This document shows positions 13,469-24,900 of a DNA stretch of 64,000 nucleotides, one piece after another (the first letter of the stretch is position 1; each line of letters begins with the position of its first letter). The translations under genes were made by a program, and so were the position numbers. The stretch is taken from the NCBI GenBank assembly GCA_051294375.1, contig CM119265.1:7941568-8005567 (forward strand). Direction: 5' to 3'. The notes beneath the pieces were generated by a model. The model had not been told where the DNA came from and did no database searches. It saw only the letters and a list, made by a program, of their open reading frames with translations. This DNA comes from Paraspadella gotoi (taxonomy: Eukaryota > Animalia > Chaetognatha).

Positions 13469-13981
13469 CTAACTTGGAGTCCATGCCCAAAGCCCATCTT
13501 CCGCCACCCGTTTGCCCTCATCCGGAATGGGAGACGTTTGGGACTTGAAAATGCTTGGAATCTTCGGAAAGCGCTTCCGCCACGGCTTCCGGTTCCCACT
13601 TTCCCTTTTCTGTCTTTGACACCTCAACCCATTGCCACCTCCTATGCTACGTTTGCCACCTCCTCCTTTTTTTATGCCACTTTGGTCCCATGCTCCTTTC
13701 ATACTGCCACATTTGCCACCTCCTCCTTTCATTCTGCCATGTTTCTCTCCTCCTTTCATTCTGCCACGTTTGCCACCACCTATTTTCATTCTGCCACGTT
13801 TGCAACCTTCCTTTGATTCTGCCACGTTTTCCATCTCTGCGCGAGAATCCTGTTTCGATCTGGTTTTAAGACGTTTGGATCCAGAGAGAGACGACCCGGG
13901 ATCGGGAGGCGGATAACTATCGGTCCGAGGATAATTATCGGGCGGCGACTTTGGGACGCGTTTTATCCAAATCGTTAGAAT
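13469..13981 (-). CDS. Candidate exon, 171 open codons, basic and Gly-rich with ~10-aa repeats (GKRGRMKGGG-like); product unknown
   Basis: The frame is stop-free from 13981 to the TAG at 13469-13471 (ILTIWIKRVPKSPPDNYPRTDSYPPPDPGSSLSGSKRLKTRSKQDSRAEMENVAESKEGCKRGRMK...). A (CT)n tract plus TTTTTAG acceptor lies upstream at 14064. No homology recognised. Confidence 0.35.
   Translation of the reverse strand: MLTIWIKRVPKSPPDNYPRTDSYPPPDPGSSLSGSKRLKTRSKQDSRAEMENVAESKEGCKRGRMKIGGGKRGRMKGGEKHGRMKGGGGKCGSMKGAWDQSGIKKGGGGKRSIGGGNGLRCQRQKRESGNRKPWRKRFPKIPSIFKSQTSPIPDEGKRVAEDGLWAWTPS
13645..13830 (+). repeat. ~30-bp minisatellite (CTGCCACGTTTGCCACCTCCTCCTTTCATT), about 6 degenerate units
   Basis: TGCCAC/CCTTTCATT recur with a 27-30 bp period. 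Confidence 0.85.
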
Positions 13982-14120
13982 CTAACGTATCCTTCGTGAT
14001 TGGGTATCAGCTTGGTCAGCTTGGGTTCGTTTTAGGGCATTCGATGCTTGGAAGCCCGGGGGACTAAAAACGAGGATAGGGTCTTGTAAGAGAAGGTGAG
14101 AAAAGGAAGAGACGAGAGAG

Positions 14121-14222
<102 letters not shown>

Positions 14223-14687
14223 GGCATTACCGAGTGGTCAGCAGCGAACGCAAGATTGCACCGAACTTGATGGGTGTGAGGGAGAGAGAGGGTTAACGAG
14301 AAATGTTATTCTGATAAGGTAAGACAGATAGAGAGAGAGAAGAAGAAGAGCTTCATAAGAAGAAATGGACGGGCTAAGGTCACCAAGCCCGTAGTTGCCG
14401 AAGGAGCAATCAGGTGACCAGTTGAAATTGAAATTCGAAATTGTATTTTCATTGCTGTTGCTTAAAAGTAGCGGCAGAGCCGCAAAAAAAAAAAAAAACT
14501 GGAACGTCGATGAGTCACAGCGACGATCTAAACTGTTGTCCCTAAAATGGAACAGTTCATTAAAATATCACACTCATCATACTCAAAGAGTTAAAAAATA
14601 AACTGTCAGAGTATTGATTAAAAACTTGCAGGGTTTTGCTACGTTATTATCTCTTAAGAGGGATGGAAGCCATCTCACACAATGGCA

Positions 14688-14722
14688 TGTCCAATTGTCC
14701 ATTGTCCATTGTCCATTGTCCA
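14688..14722 (+). repeat. (TTGTCCA)n heptamer repeat, about 5 units
   Basis: Read directly from the sequence. Confidence 0.85.
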
Positions 14723-15077
14723 AAGTCGGTAATCGGTAATTTTTATGTTGGTTCCGAAACAAAACTGAGCGAATGACTAAATTTAATTAGCAGATTTAAT
14801 GGACGCATAATTCTTATGCTCAACCTCTCAAAATGGACTGAGACGCTGATAATGATGATCGTAATTTTTAAAAAGACCGTGATTTCTTGGGGTGTTGAGA
14901 GATTGAGAGATTGCGGCGTTGGGGTGTTGAGGAATTCAAGGGTCGAGGGAATGAGGAGTGAACTTGGTGAAGTCGACCGCGAGATCGGCGTGAGACTTAA
15001 CCCCGTCGTTCGGAATTTGAAGCCTCGTCCTCCCAATAACTCAGGAAGGTCAGAGTGTCGATGAGGACGAGGGGGCG

Positions 15078-15151
15078 TCGTCGTTCGTCGTTCGTCGTTC
15101 GTCGTTCGTCGTTCGTCGTTCGTCGTTCGTCGTTCGTCGTTCGTCGTTCGT
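15078..15151 (+). repeat. (TCGTTCG)n heptamer repeat, about 10 units
   Basis: Read directly from the sequence. Confidence 0.93.
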
Positions 15152-15686
15152 TTTCACATACTTGGTTTATATTAAGAGTAGAAATGGAAGTTAAGTTAAC
15201 CTTGTAAATTTTTACTTCTTGACGAATAAATATTTTACTTCATACTATATATAATTTGTCCTCTTTTAGACTTTTATTTTACATTTTTTCTTCTTTCTTC
15301 GTCTCTATCATTTTATTTCCTTCTTTCACAATCGAAAGTCTTCTTTATTTTATCGCCGTCGTCATTTACCAAATATCGTTTTTTGTCATTCGAGCCAATA
15401 AATTTTTTTTTCCCCCGTAGTTCTTTGTCGTCATTAACGTTTAACGTCGTTTGTCGTCACTTTCGACGTCGTCCACGTCGTCGTCGTCGTTTTCTTCGTC
15501 GTCGTCGTCGTGGTCCTCTTCCCAAAGGCAAGCGTCTTTTTGACCTTCGGGCTAAAAGGACGCGGACCAACGGTTTGGGTCTGCGGGCGAGGTTGTGAGA
15601 GATAGAGGAAGGGGGCAGGGTGAGGATGGGTAAGTTCTTTGAGGTGGCGAAGGATTCGGCGNNNNNNNNNNNNNNNNNNNNNNNNN

Positions 15687-16486
15687 CCATATTGAATTGA
15701 TCCTCAATCTCGTCACCCAAGACTTCTTTCGAGTTGTGTTGTTGTATTCATTGTTAAATGGTTAATTTAATTTCGTTGTCAAGGTTATCAGCTTGTTAAC
15801 CTTTAAGATGTTACCATGGTAGCAATATGTATGAAGACGTTGAATTCAGTGGAGGACAGTTTAAGGAGAACAGGCCGAGTGAAAAAGATATCGACATCAA
15901 AACAATCGTGAATTCTGACAGAATGAGTCGACCGTCGAATGACTTCACTGCAGATAGATACACCAGACGCAAAAGACGCCATCTTCGGGTGAAAAGATGA
16001 TTAGCTCGCCGCCTCTGACGCCACGGCCCAAAGAGACGCCGGACGCCAATAAGATGCCACATCGTCATCTAAGGACGCCATCAAGTCTCCATCGAGACCG
16101 CCAACGACGGCATTGGCACCCAGACGCCATCTCCAGTATAGACGAGGAGGAGAGTACTACCTCCAACACCCCATGGATTTCACCACCGCCGCCACCACGA
16201 GCCGCTTCCACCACCGCCTGTGGTCTGCTTTTCAGGGTTATTGGAGATTCCGTCCCTCGGCGCCAGAGAGCAACTTTCGCATCTTCTTTCTTTCTCACCT
16301 CCGTTGATTGAAGGACGTAATACGAGGAGGAGGAGGAGGAGGAGAGGATGAGGAAGAGGAGGAGAGAGGGAGAGAAAAGTAGAAAGCTGTGAGTTTTGGG
16401 GTTGATTTCTATCCGGAGCCTGGGATTTGTTCGAAGTTGAGCCTGTCGAGAAAAAAAAACGACACCATCTCTCTCTCCTCTCTCTC

Positions 16487-16537
<51 letters not shown>

Positions 16538-17546
16538 TCTCTTCTCTCTCTCGCCCTCTCATGATTCCTAAGTCCGAACTTTTCATAGAAATTGGATGCC
16601 GCGAGGTCGCTGGAGATCTCTCTCTCTCTCTCCTCTCTCTCTCTCTTCTCTCTCTCTCTTCTCTCCTCTCTTCTCTTCTCTCTCTCTCTATCCCCGCCCA
16701 TATCAAGACCCCCGCGTTTTAACCCATTTCCGCGCCCCCCTTCAACCCCCGCCTCCCCTCTTCCACGCCCCATTTTTCGACCTTGGTCTCCGAGAGAGAG
16801 AGATGGTGTCGTTTTTTTTTCTCGACAGGCTCAACTCGAACAAATCCCAGGCTCCGGATAGAAATCAACCCCAAAAACCTTCACAGCTTTTCTCCCTCCT
16901 CCTCCTCCTCTTCCTCATCCTCCTCCTCCTCCTCCTCGTATTACGTCCTTCAATCAAACGGAGGTGAGAAAGAAGAAGATGCGAAAGTTGCTCCTCTGGC
17001 GCCGAGGGACGGAATCTCCATAAACCCTGAAAGCAGACCACGGCGGTGGTGGAAGCGGCTGGTGGTGGCGGCGGTGGTGAAATCCATGGGGTGTTGGAGG
17101 TAGTACTCTCCTCGTCTATACTGGAGATGGCGTCTTGGGTGGCAATGCCGTCGTTGGCGTCTCGATGGAGACTTTGATGGCGTCCTTAGATGACGATGTG
17201 GCATCTTATTGGCGTCGGCGTCTCTTTGGGCGTGGCGTCAGAGGCGAGCTAATCATCTTTTCACCGAAGATGGCGTCTTTTGCGTCTGGTGTATCTGCAG
17301 TGAAGTCATTCGACGGTCGACTCATTCTGTCAGATTCACGATTGTTTGTGATGTCGATCTTTTTCACTCGGCCTGTTCTCCTTAAACTGTCCTCACTGAA
17401 TTCAACGTCTTCATACATATTGTACCATGGTACATCTTAAAGGTTAACAAGCTGATAACCTTGACAACGAAATTAACCATTTAACAATGAATACAACAAC
17501 AACTCGAAAGAAGTCTTGGGTGACGAGATTGAGGATCATCATATGG
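15687..17546. repeat. Inverted duplication 15687-16477 / 16793-17546 (probable misassembly)
   Basis: The arms are reverse complements with scattered 1-3 bp indels; the left arm starts right after a 25-N gap. Confidence 0.9.
16950..17435 (-). CDS. Candidate exon (DVPWYNMYEDVEFSEDSLRRTGRVKKIDITNNRESDRMSRPSNDFTADTPDAKDAIFGEKMISSPLTPRPK...), frame uncertain after ~17210; product unknown
   Basis: TTTAAG acceptor upstream; complex acidic/Ser/Pro-rich reading; present in three indel-divergent copies (15.8, 17.0 and 22.6 kb). Confidence 0.35.
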
Positions 17547-18424
17547 GACCGTGACCTCTTCCGCCCCGCGAGCTCCGTGACCTCCAAGACCCCCCCTACC
17601 ACCCTTCCGTCCCCCTTGCGGACCGCCTTTCCAAACCACCGAAGGAACCCTTCTCTCTTCGTTCATGGTGAGTCGCCCTCGCTCTTCGAACCTAAAACTC
17701 GTTACGCGTCGAGAAAACCATCTCTCTCTCATCTCTCTCTCTCTCTTCTCTCATCTCTCTCTCTCTCTCTCCTCTCTCTCCTCATCTCTCCTCTCTCTCT
17801 CTCTCCTCTCTCTCTTTCTCTCTCTCCTATCATTCGAGCGAAAGGGACGTTACGGACACTCACGGACTCACGGACTCACGTAATCTCGCTCTGTTCCTTT
17901 CCCCCTTTCTTCTCCTCCTTATACATCCTTAGTATCATATGTTCTCCATTACTCGACGTCATTAAATCCCTTCGTCATTTTCTCCCTCTCGTTACTTCCC
18001 CTTTATCCCATTGTTACTTCCTCTCCATCGTTATTTCCCCCTTATCATCAGTACCTACCTCTCATTATTTCCTCCCGAAAAGCATTAACCCGCTCCGAAC
18101 GATCCCCGCTCTTGTACGCCTTCTTCCCTCTGCCTTTGAAGATTCCCCTTCCTTACCCTACCTTTTCCCCACTTTCCGCCTCCCCGGCCTTTTCCCCCCC
18201 CTCCATTTTCCCTCGGCGCTGCCACCTTTCCTCGTTCTGGTCAGTAACTCTGATGAAGCGAGTCCCCGAGAGACGAGGAGAGAAGCGGCGCAGGAAGACG
18301 ATCGACCTTGGAGGAAGACATCCGCTTCTTTTTTTTAATCCTTTGTTGACCTAACACTCTCATCTCAACTTTCAAAACTTGATATTTGCTATAGATTTAT
18401 CCCTTCTTAACTATACATTTATCT

Positions 18425-18475
<51 letters not shown>

Positions 18476-18546
18476 CACCTTCAATTATATTTTTTTTCTA
18501 TGGAGAATCGAGATTTCGGCTTTAAACTTCCTACTTCGAAGACGGA

Positions 18547-18584
<38 letters not shown>

Positions 18585-18880
18585 AAGAGCCTTGACTTTT
18601 CGTCTCCCTTCTAAGATTTTTCACTTTCGATGGTTTTTTTATAAATTAAAGAAAAAAGGAAGTTTTTTTTATGTAGAAAATAAAAGTGGACTTTGCCTTT
18701 GCAGAAACACAATGTTTTAACATTGAACAGTTCTCACTTTTGAATGTAAAGGAGCAACCAATCCACTTTCTTTACGAAAAACTACATCACGATTCACGAT
18801 TTACCTTGAGTGGATTTAAAACTCGCGGGACTGAACCCTTACTCCACCTGCGACGAATGGAAGCGTCCTTAGAAAACCGC

Positions 18881-19141
18881 TCACGTGCCAGTCACGTGCA
18901 TTTTAACCTAGGAATGCAGTCGGAATGCTGATTGGATGCGAGATCGGATTTCCGTTTCAGCCAATGATTAGAAACGAAACCGAAAGGAACGAAACGAACG
19001 AAAATCAGAATCATTTCTAACTCTAGGAATTTAGACTTACAGCAAAATTTGGGCATAAGTGCTCACGTCATTATTACATTAATTCCCTACCGAACATGGT
19101 CGAAATGACTAATGACTAATGACGCGCATCGAGACTATAAA
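18881..19141 (+). promoter_or_regulatory. TATA-type promoter/enhancer motif cluster
   Basis: TCACGTG at 18881 and 18892; GGAATG at 18911 and 18922; CTGATTGG at 18928 and CAGCCAAT at 18958; CACGTCA at 19064; TGACTAA at 19106 and 19113; TATAAA at 19136. Confidence 0.45.
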
Positions 19142-19182
19142 TGCCAGTGACGAGCATCGCAGGTTAAACTAAATGAGGCGCA

Positions 19183-19335
19183 ATGACCACCAGAAAGGTA
19201 GCCAAGTCAGAAAGTGAGTCGATGTTGTCGGCACCAGCTGTGTGCGCCCGAGATCCTGCGATATGGAGAAGTAGTCGACCGAAGCAGTCGACCGGAAGAA
19301 GTCGACAGACTGGCTCGACTGCCTCCATTAAATAA
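19183..19335 (+). CDS. Short ORF, 50 aa (MTTRKVAKSESESMLSAPAVCARDPAIWRSSRPKQSTGRSRQTGSTASIK), downstream of the TATA box
   Basis: ATG ~45 bp after TATAAA; position is the only support. Confidence 0.2.
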   Translation: MTTRKVAKSESESMLSAPAVCARDPAIWRSSRPKQSTGRSRQTGSTASIK

Positions 19336-19609
19336 GGCGCCTCGGATTTTGACAATAATTTTCGATCGAATTTTTTGTTTTAACCCTAATTTTGTTTTAT
19401 TTTTAGATGAATCAAAATTTTGGTTTTTGTTCGATTTTCGTTCGATTTGAATTTAGTTTAATTTTTTACGATTTTTCTTTGAATTTCTCCCAAAATTTTC
19501 AAGCTAAATTTTCTTTTTTAGCAGAATAAAAAATGGAAAAATTTCGTCTGATTTGCTCCAATTTGCGTCTCTTCGAACATCGAGGGCGCAGATCTGGCCC
19601 CGGGCCTCT

Positions 19610-19636
19610 GCGGCGGCGGCGGCGGCGGCGGCAGCT

Positions 19637-19666
<30 letters not shown>
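19610..19666 (+). repeat. Interrupted (GCG)n microsatellite (poly-Pro on the minus strand)
   Basis: Read directly from the sequence. Confidence 0.93.
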
Positions 19667-19667
<1 letters not shown>

Positions 19668-20194
19668 TGGAAAATCGGAAAGACGCGATTTGTCATCAGA
19701 TTCGCTATTTGGCTTTCTCGTCCTCGTTGCGTCATCTCGTTCCACTTTCTCCTTGTTCGCAATTTCTCGCTCTAATTTCGGCTCCTTTTCTTGTGGACTT
19801 TTTAATTATAGTTTATTATAGTTATTTACAAATTTCTCGCGCTTATGATACTTTACCCCTACGTGCTCCACTTCCCCCTTAAAACTTTTTAAATTGATAA
19901 TTGATAATTGATAATTAACAAAAGATAACAAAAAAAAATATAAAGGCGCATTTAATCACGCTGCACCTAATCAAACGCTTTCTCCCGACATCAAACGAGA
20001 TTACCCGATTACCGCCATCTTGATTGGCCCATTAAATTTTAGGCGGTTTTGATTAGTCGATACTTTTTTTTAAAGCATCCAGTTCAATAATGAGATTGAA
20101 AAACTAAAAAAAAAAAAAAATTATGAAGGAAATTTAACTTGTCGTCTAATCATTTCGAATTTTAACTAACAAACGATTATAAATTTGAGGAGCA

Positions 20195-20600
20195 TTAAAA
20201 AAAATCTAAATTCGACGCTCGGTGACGCCCACCTTTTCTGTCTCCTTCTCTCTCTTCCTCGATCTTGGGGGAATTTGGCAACGTCAAAAAAAAGCTGTTC
20301 ATCCCGAGTGCCTCCGACATCCGCATCCGACAACTGCATCTGTCATCCGCATCTGGACGAATTTTTCCCTCGTCCGATCGGACGTCACGAAAATCCCGAC
20401 GATTATTCTCGGCGATAAAATTCTCGGCGAATCCGGATTCCGGATGATGAATGGGCGACGATAATGACAACGACTATGGCGGGGATAGTAAGGCGGCTGA
20501 GGCGGCGGCTGAGGCGGCGGCTGAGGCGGCGGTGGGGGCGTGGTTCTCGTCGTCTTCTTAGTCGTAATTGCCAGTCATCGTCGTTTCATCGATTTCTACT
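20195..20600 (-). CDS. Candidate coding segment (VEIDETTMTGNYD*EDDENHAPTAASAAASAAASAALLSPP*SLSLSSPIHHPESGFAENFIAENNRRDFRDVRSDEGK...); product unknown
   Basis: ORFs 20558-20797 and 20195-20470 share a frame and are separated only by one TAA and one TAG; GC-rich island in AT-rich flanks. Confidence 0.25.
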
Positions 20601-21944
20601 CTGAGTCGACAACGACGACGACGACGACGACGACAATTACGACGGCGGCGACGGCGGCGGCGACGGTGGAGGCGAAGGCAGATGATGACCGACTTGGTGC
20701 ACACACGTGTCACACTCATTGACACGCTGGACCCGAAACGTGTCACTTGAGTCACGCCTGAGTTCCTCTTGATTTTGTCTTCAAAAAGAAACTCCATCGC
20801 GGGAAGATGAGATGTCGATCTTCCGTGCGATTTGCGTGCATTTCGATCGATCGCTTTCCGTGCATGCGAGCATCAAAAGGGTTAAGTTCATAATTCAGAA
20901 TTGTCTTACCCAAGCTTCGACGACTTATCCTAACCTCACCTCTCGTATTTTTTACCTCGGATTAAGCTCGCGACGACACCGGGGCCAATCAGACCCACTC
21001 TCCCACCTTTTACCACCTCCAACAGCCCATCCGCCACGAGGTGCCTTTCTCGCTCAACGTCATAAGGCGACGAGTCGTGACGGGTCACGTCACAACATTC
21101 GACGCGGAACGTCGTCCGCGCGCCTCGCGCAACACGGGCGTCACAACACGGGCGGTCCCTGAAACGAGCGTCATAACGCCACGCGTGCGTCATAACACGC
21201 GCGGCGATGGTTTGAGATTCTGGGGGTCATAAACCGCAATTGATGCGTCAATAACTAAGTGGCGGAACAAGCGCAGCTCGCAAAATAGCGACAAAGCCGA
21301 GATGTCGCGTTTTAGGACGATTGAGTGCCGAGAGTCGAGAACCTTTTTTTTTTCGTGACGCGCGTAGCGTCACGCGGCCTTTGTGACGCTTTGACGCCAC
21401 GCCCTCTTCACGTCATTTCCGGTCGAAGAATGAAATCGGAAAAATCGCGCGATGGAATTCCGATTAACGAGGGAAAGAAACGATCCCTTCGTCACCCCAT
21501 TTCAACCAGTGGTGGCCTCTTCTACACCCCTCGAATCCTCCATACCCCTCAATCCCCATCCAATTCTCTCAAGGTTTTCTTTTCGAAATAGCCTTCATCC
21601 CTAAATCTATTTCCACCAAAAGAAAAAAATAAGGAAATTCCCTTTAACCTCGGCGCGGCCCCGACGGCGCATTTCCACTTCTATTCGCCTGTCCCCCTCA
21701 GTCATATCGAGAATTTTCAAGGTCGTATTGGGAATCCTGACGGAGCGTAAGATAAAGCGATTTTCTCGGCAGAATGTGAAAGATGGAGAGAGAGAGAGAG
21801 ACAGAGGACGAGACGACGACTGACATCAGAGAGAGAGAGCGAGAGACGAGAGAGAGAGAGCAAGACGGAGAGAGAGAGAGAGAGAGAGAGAAAAGCAGAG
21901 AGCATAATATCTCTCTTCTNNNNNNNNNNNNNNNNNNNNNNNNN

Positions 21945-24900
21945 AGTAACGAGAGGGAGACAGATGATAAATGACGAAGGGATTTAATGCAGTCGAGTAA
22001 AATGGTAAACATATGGCATACTAAGGAGGATGTATTAAGAGGAGAAGAACAAGGGTGGAAAGGAACATGAGCGAGATTACGGAGTGCCGTGCAAGTCCGC
22101 TGAGTGTTCCCGTACCCGTCCCTTTTCGCTCGATTGATAGAGGAGGGAGAGAGCGAGAGGAGAGAGATGAGAGAGAGACAGGAGAGAGAAGAGAGAGAGG
22201 AGAGAAGAGAGATGAGAGAGACCGACACGAGATGAGAGAGAGAGCAGAAGATGGGTATTCTTTGCGCAACGCGTAACGGTTTTAGGTTCGAAGAGCGAGG
22301 GCGTCTCACATGCCATGAAAGCGAAGAGAAGGTCCTCGGGGGTTTGGGAAAGGGCGGTCCGCAGGGGGACGGAAGTGGGGTAGGGGGGGTCTTGCTGGAG
22401 GTCACGGAGGCTCGCGGGGCGTAAAGGTCACGGTCCCGATAGATGGATTCCTGCAAATATCGTCACCCAGACTTCTTCGAAGTTTGTTGTTGTATTCATT
22501 GTTAAATGGTTAAGTTTAAAACGTGTGTCTCAAATGTGAGTATCAAGCTTAGTTAGACCTTTAAGATGTACCAGTGGCGCATATCGACAATATGGTATGA
22601 AGACGTTAGAATTCAGTGAGAGACAGTTTAAGGAGAACAGTGCCGAGCGAAAAAAGAATCGACATTCACAACACAATCGTGAATCTGACAGAATGAGTGC
22701 GACCGTGCTTCGAATGAACTTCACTGCGAGATACGACCCAGACGGCAAAAGACGCGCATCCGTTTCGGTGAAAAAGATGATTAGCTTCGCCCTCTGACGC
22801 CACGTCCCAAAGAGAGACCGGACGCCATAGATGCCACATCGCTCACTTAAGGACGCCCATCAAAGTCTCGCATACGAGACGCCAACGAACTGGCATTGCG
22901 CACCCAAGACGCCATCTCCGAGTATAGAGACCGAGGAGAGTACCTACCTCCACACCCCATGGATTGTAGCCACCGCCGCCACCAGCCAGCCGACTTCCAC
23001 CAACCGCCGTGGTCTGGCCTTTTCAGGGTTTATGGAGGATTCCGTCCCTCGGCGGCCAGAGGATAGCAACCTTTCGCATCTTCTTCTTTCTCACCTCCGT
23101 TTGATTGAAGGACGTAACTACGAGGAGGAGGACGGTAGGAGGAAGGGATGAGAAGAGGAGGAGAGAGGAGGCGCACAGAAAAGCCTAGTGAAGGTTTTTG
23201 GGGCTTGGATTTCTATCCGGAGGCCGGGATTATTGTTCCGAGTGAGCCTGTCGAGGAAAAAAAAGCTGACACCATTCTCATGCCTCTCTCTCTCTCTCAT
23301 CTCAGTCTCTTTCTCTCCTCTCTCTCTCTCTCCTTCTCTTCTCTCTCCTCTCTCTCTCATCTTCTGTCGTCCTCTCTTCCCGTGCTCTTCATGAATTCCT
23401 AAGTGCCGAACTTCTTGCATGAGAAATCTGGATTGCCCGCGAGGTCTGCAGTGGATTTCATCTCCTCTCTCCTCTCTCTCTTCTTCCCATCCTCTCTCCT
23501 CTCTCTCATTCTCTTCTCTCCTCTCGTCTCATCTTCTCTTTCATCTCATCTCTGCTGCATATCCCTCGGCCATCAACCCCGCGTTTTAACGCCATTTCCG
23601 GCGCCTCCTCACAACCCCCGCCCTGCCCGCTCTTCCCACCGCCCCATTTGTTTCGACCCTTTGGTCTCCGGCAGAATCCTTCGCGCCACGCTCAAAGAAC
23701 CGTTAAGCCCATGCCTCACCTGCCCCCTTCCTCCATCGTCTCGACAACCTCGCCCGCAGACACCAAACGCGTTTGGTTCGCGTCCTTGTAGCCGTGCGAA
23801 GGTTGCAAAAAGACGCTGTGCCTTTGGGAAGAGGGACGCACAGGACGACGACGATCAAGAAAACGACGAAGCGAGCGACGTGGAACGACGTCGAAAAAGT
23901 TGGACGACAAAATCGCACGTTTTTAACGGTTAAGTGACGACATAAGAATCACGGGGGAAAAAAAAAATTTATTGGGCCGAATGCGACAAAGAACTGATAT
24001 TGGTAAAATGACGACGGCGATATAAGTAAAGAAGCTTTCGGATTGTTTGAAAGAAGGAACATTAAAATGTGATAGGGAGACGACAAGAAAGCAGAATCCG
24101 AAACAACATAGTAAAATAGAAAGTCATAAAAAGTAGGACAAAATTATATTTATAGTATCGAAGTAAAATACTTATTATTCGTCAAAGACAGGATAAAAAT
24201 TTTAACAAGCGTTAACTTAACTTCCATGTTCTACTGCTTTAAATATAAACCAAGTATGCTTTGAAACAGTACGCACCGAACCGACGAAACGGACGACACG
24301 ACGACGCACGCACACGAACGACGAACGACGAGAGTACGAACGAACGCACGCCCCTCGTGCCCTCATCCGAGCACTCTGACCTTCCTGGTAATAATTGGTG
24401 AGGATCGAGGCTTCCAAATTCCGAACGACCTGGGGTTTAAGTCTCACGCAGCGATCTCGCGGATCGACTTTCACCAAGCTTCACTCACTCATTCCCTTCG
24501 ACCTTGATTCCTAAGCTCCCAACGCCGCCAATTCTGCTCGAATCTCATCCAACACCCAAGAAAATCACGTCTTTTCTAAATATTACCGATCATCATTATC
24601 AGCGTCTCAGTCCAATTTTGATGAGGTTGTGAGAACAGAATTACTGCGTCCCATAAATTCGCTAATTAAATTTAGCATTCGCTCGTTTTGTTCGGAACCA
24701 ACATAAAATTAGCCGAATTACCGGACTTGGGACAGATGGGAACAATGGACAATGGGACAATTGGCACATGCCAATTGTGTTGACAGAATGGGCTTCACAT
24801 CCTACTTAAGAGATCAATTACGTGCGCAAACCCTCAAGTATATCTTTATCAATACTTGACAGTTTTATGTCTTTTTAACTTCTTTTGAGTATGCAGTTGC

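Noticed and set aside
17487-18338. 283-aa plus-strand ORF
   Set aside because: Runs through (CT)n and C/T-rich DNA where stops are rare; the frame is not preserved in the inverted copy.
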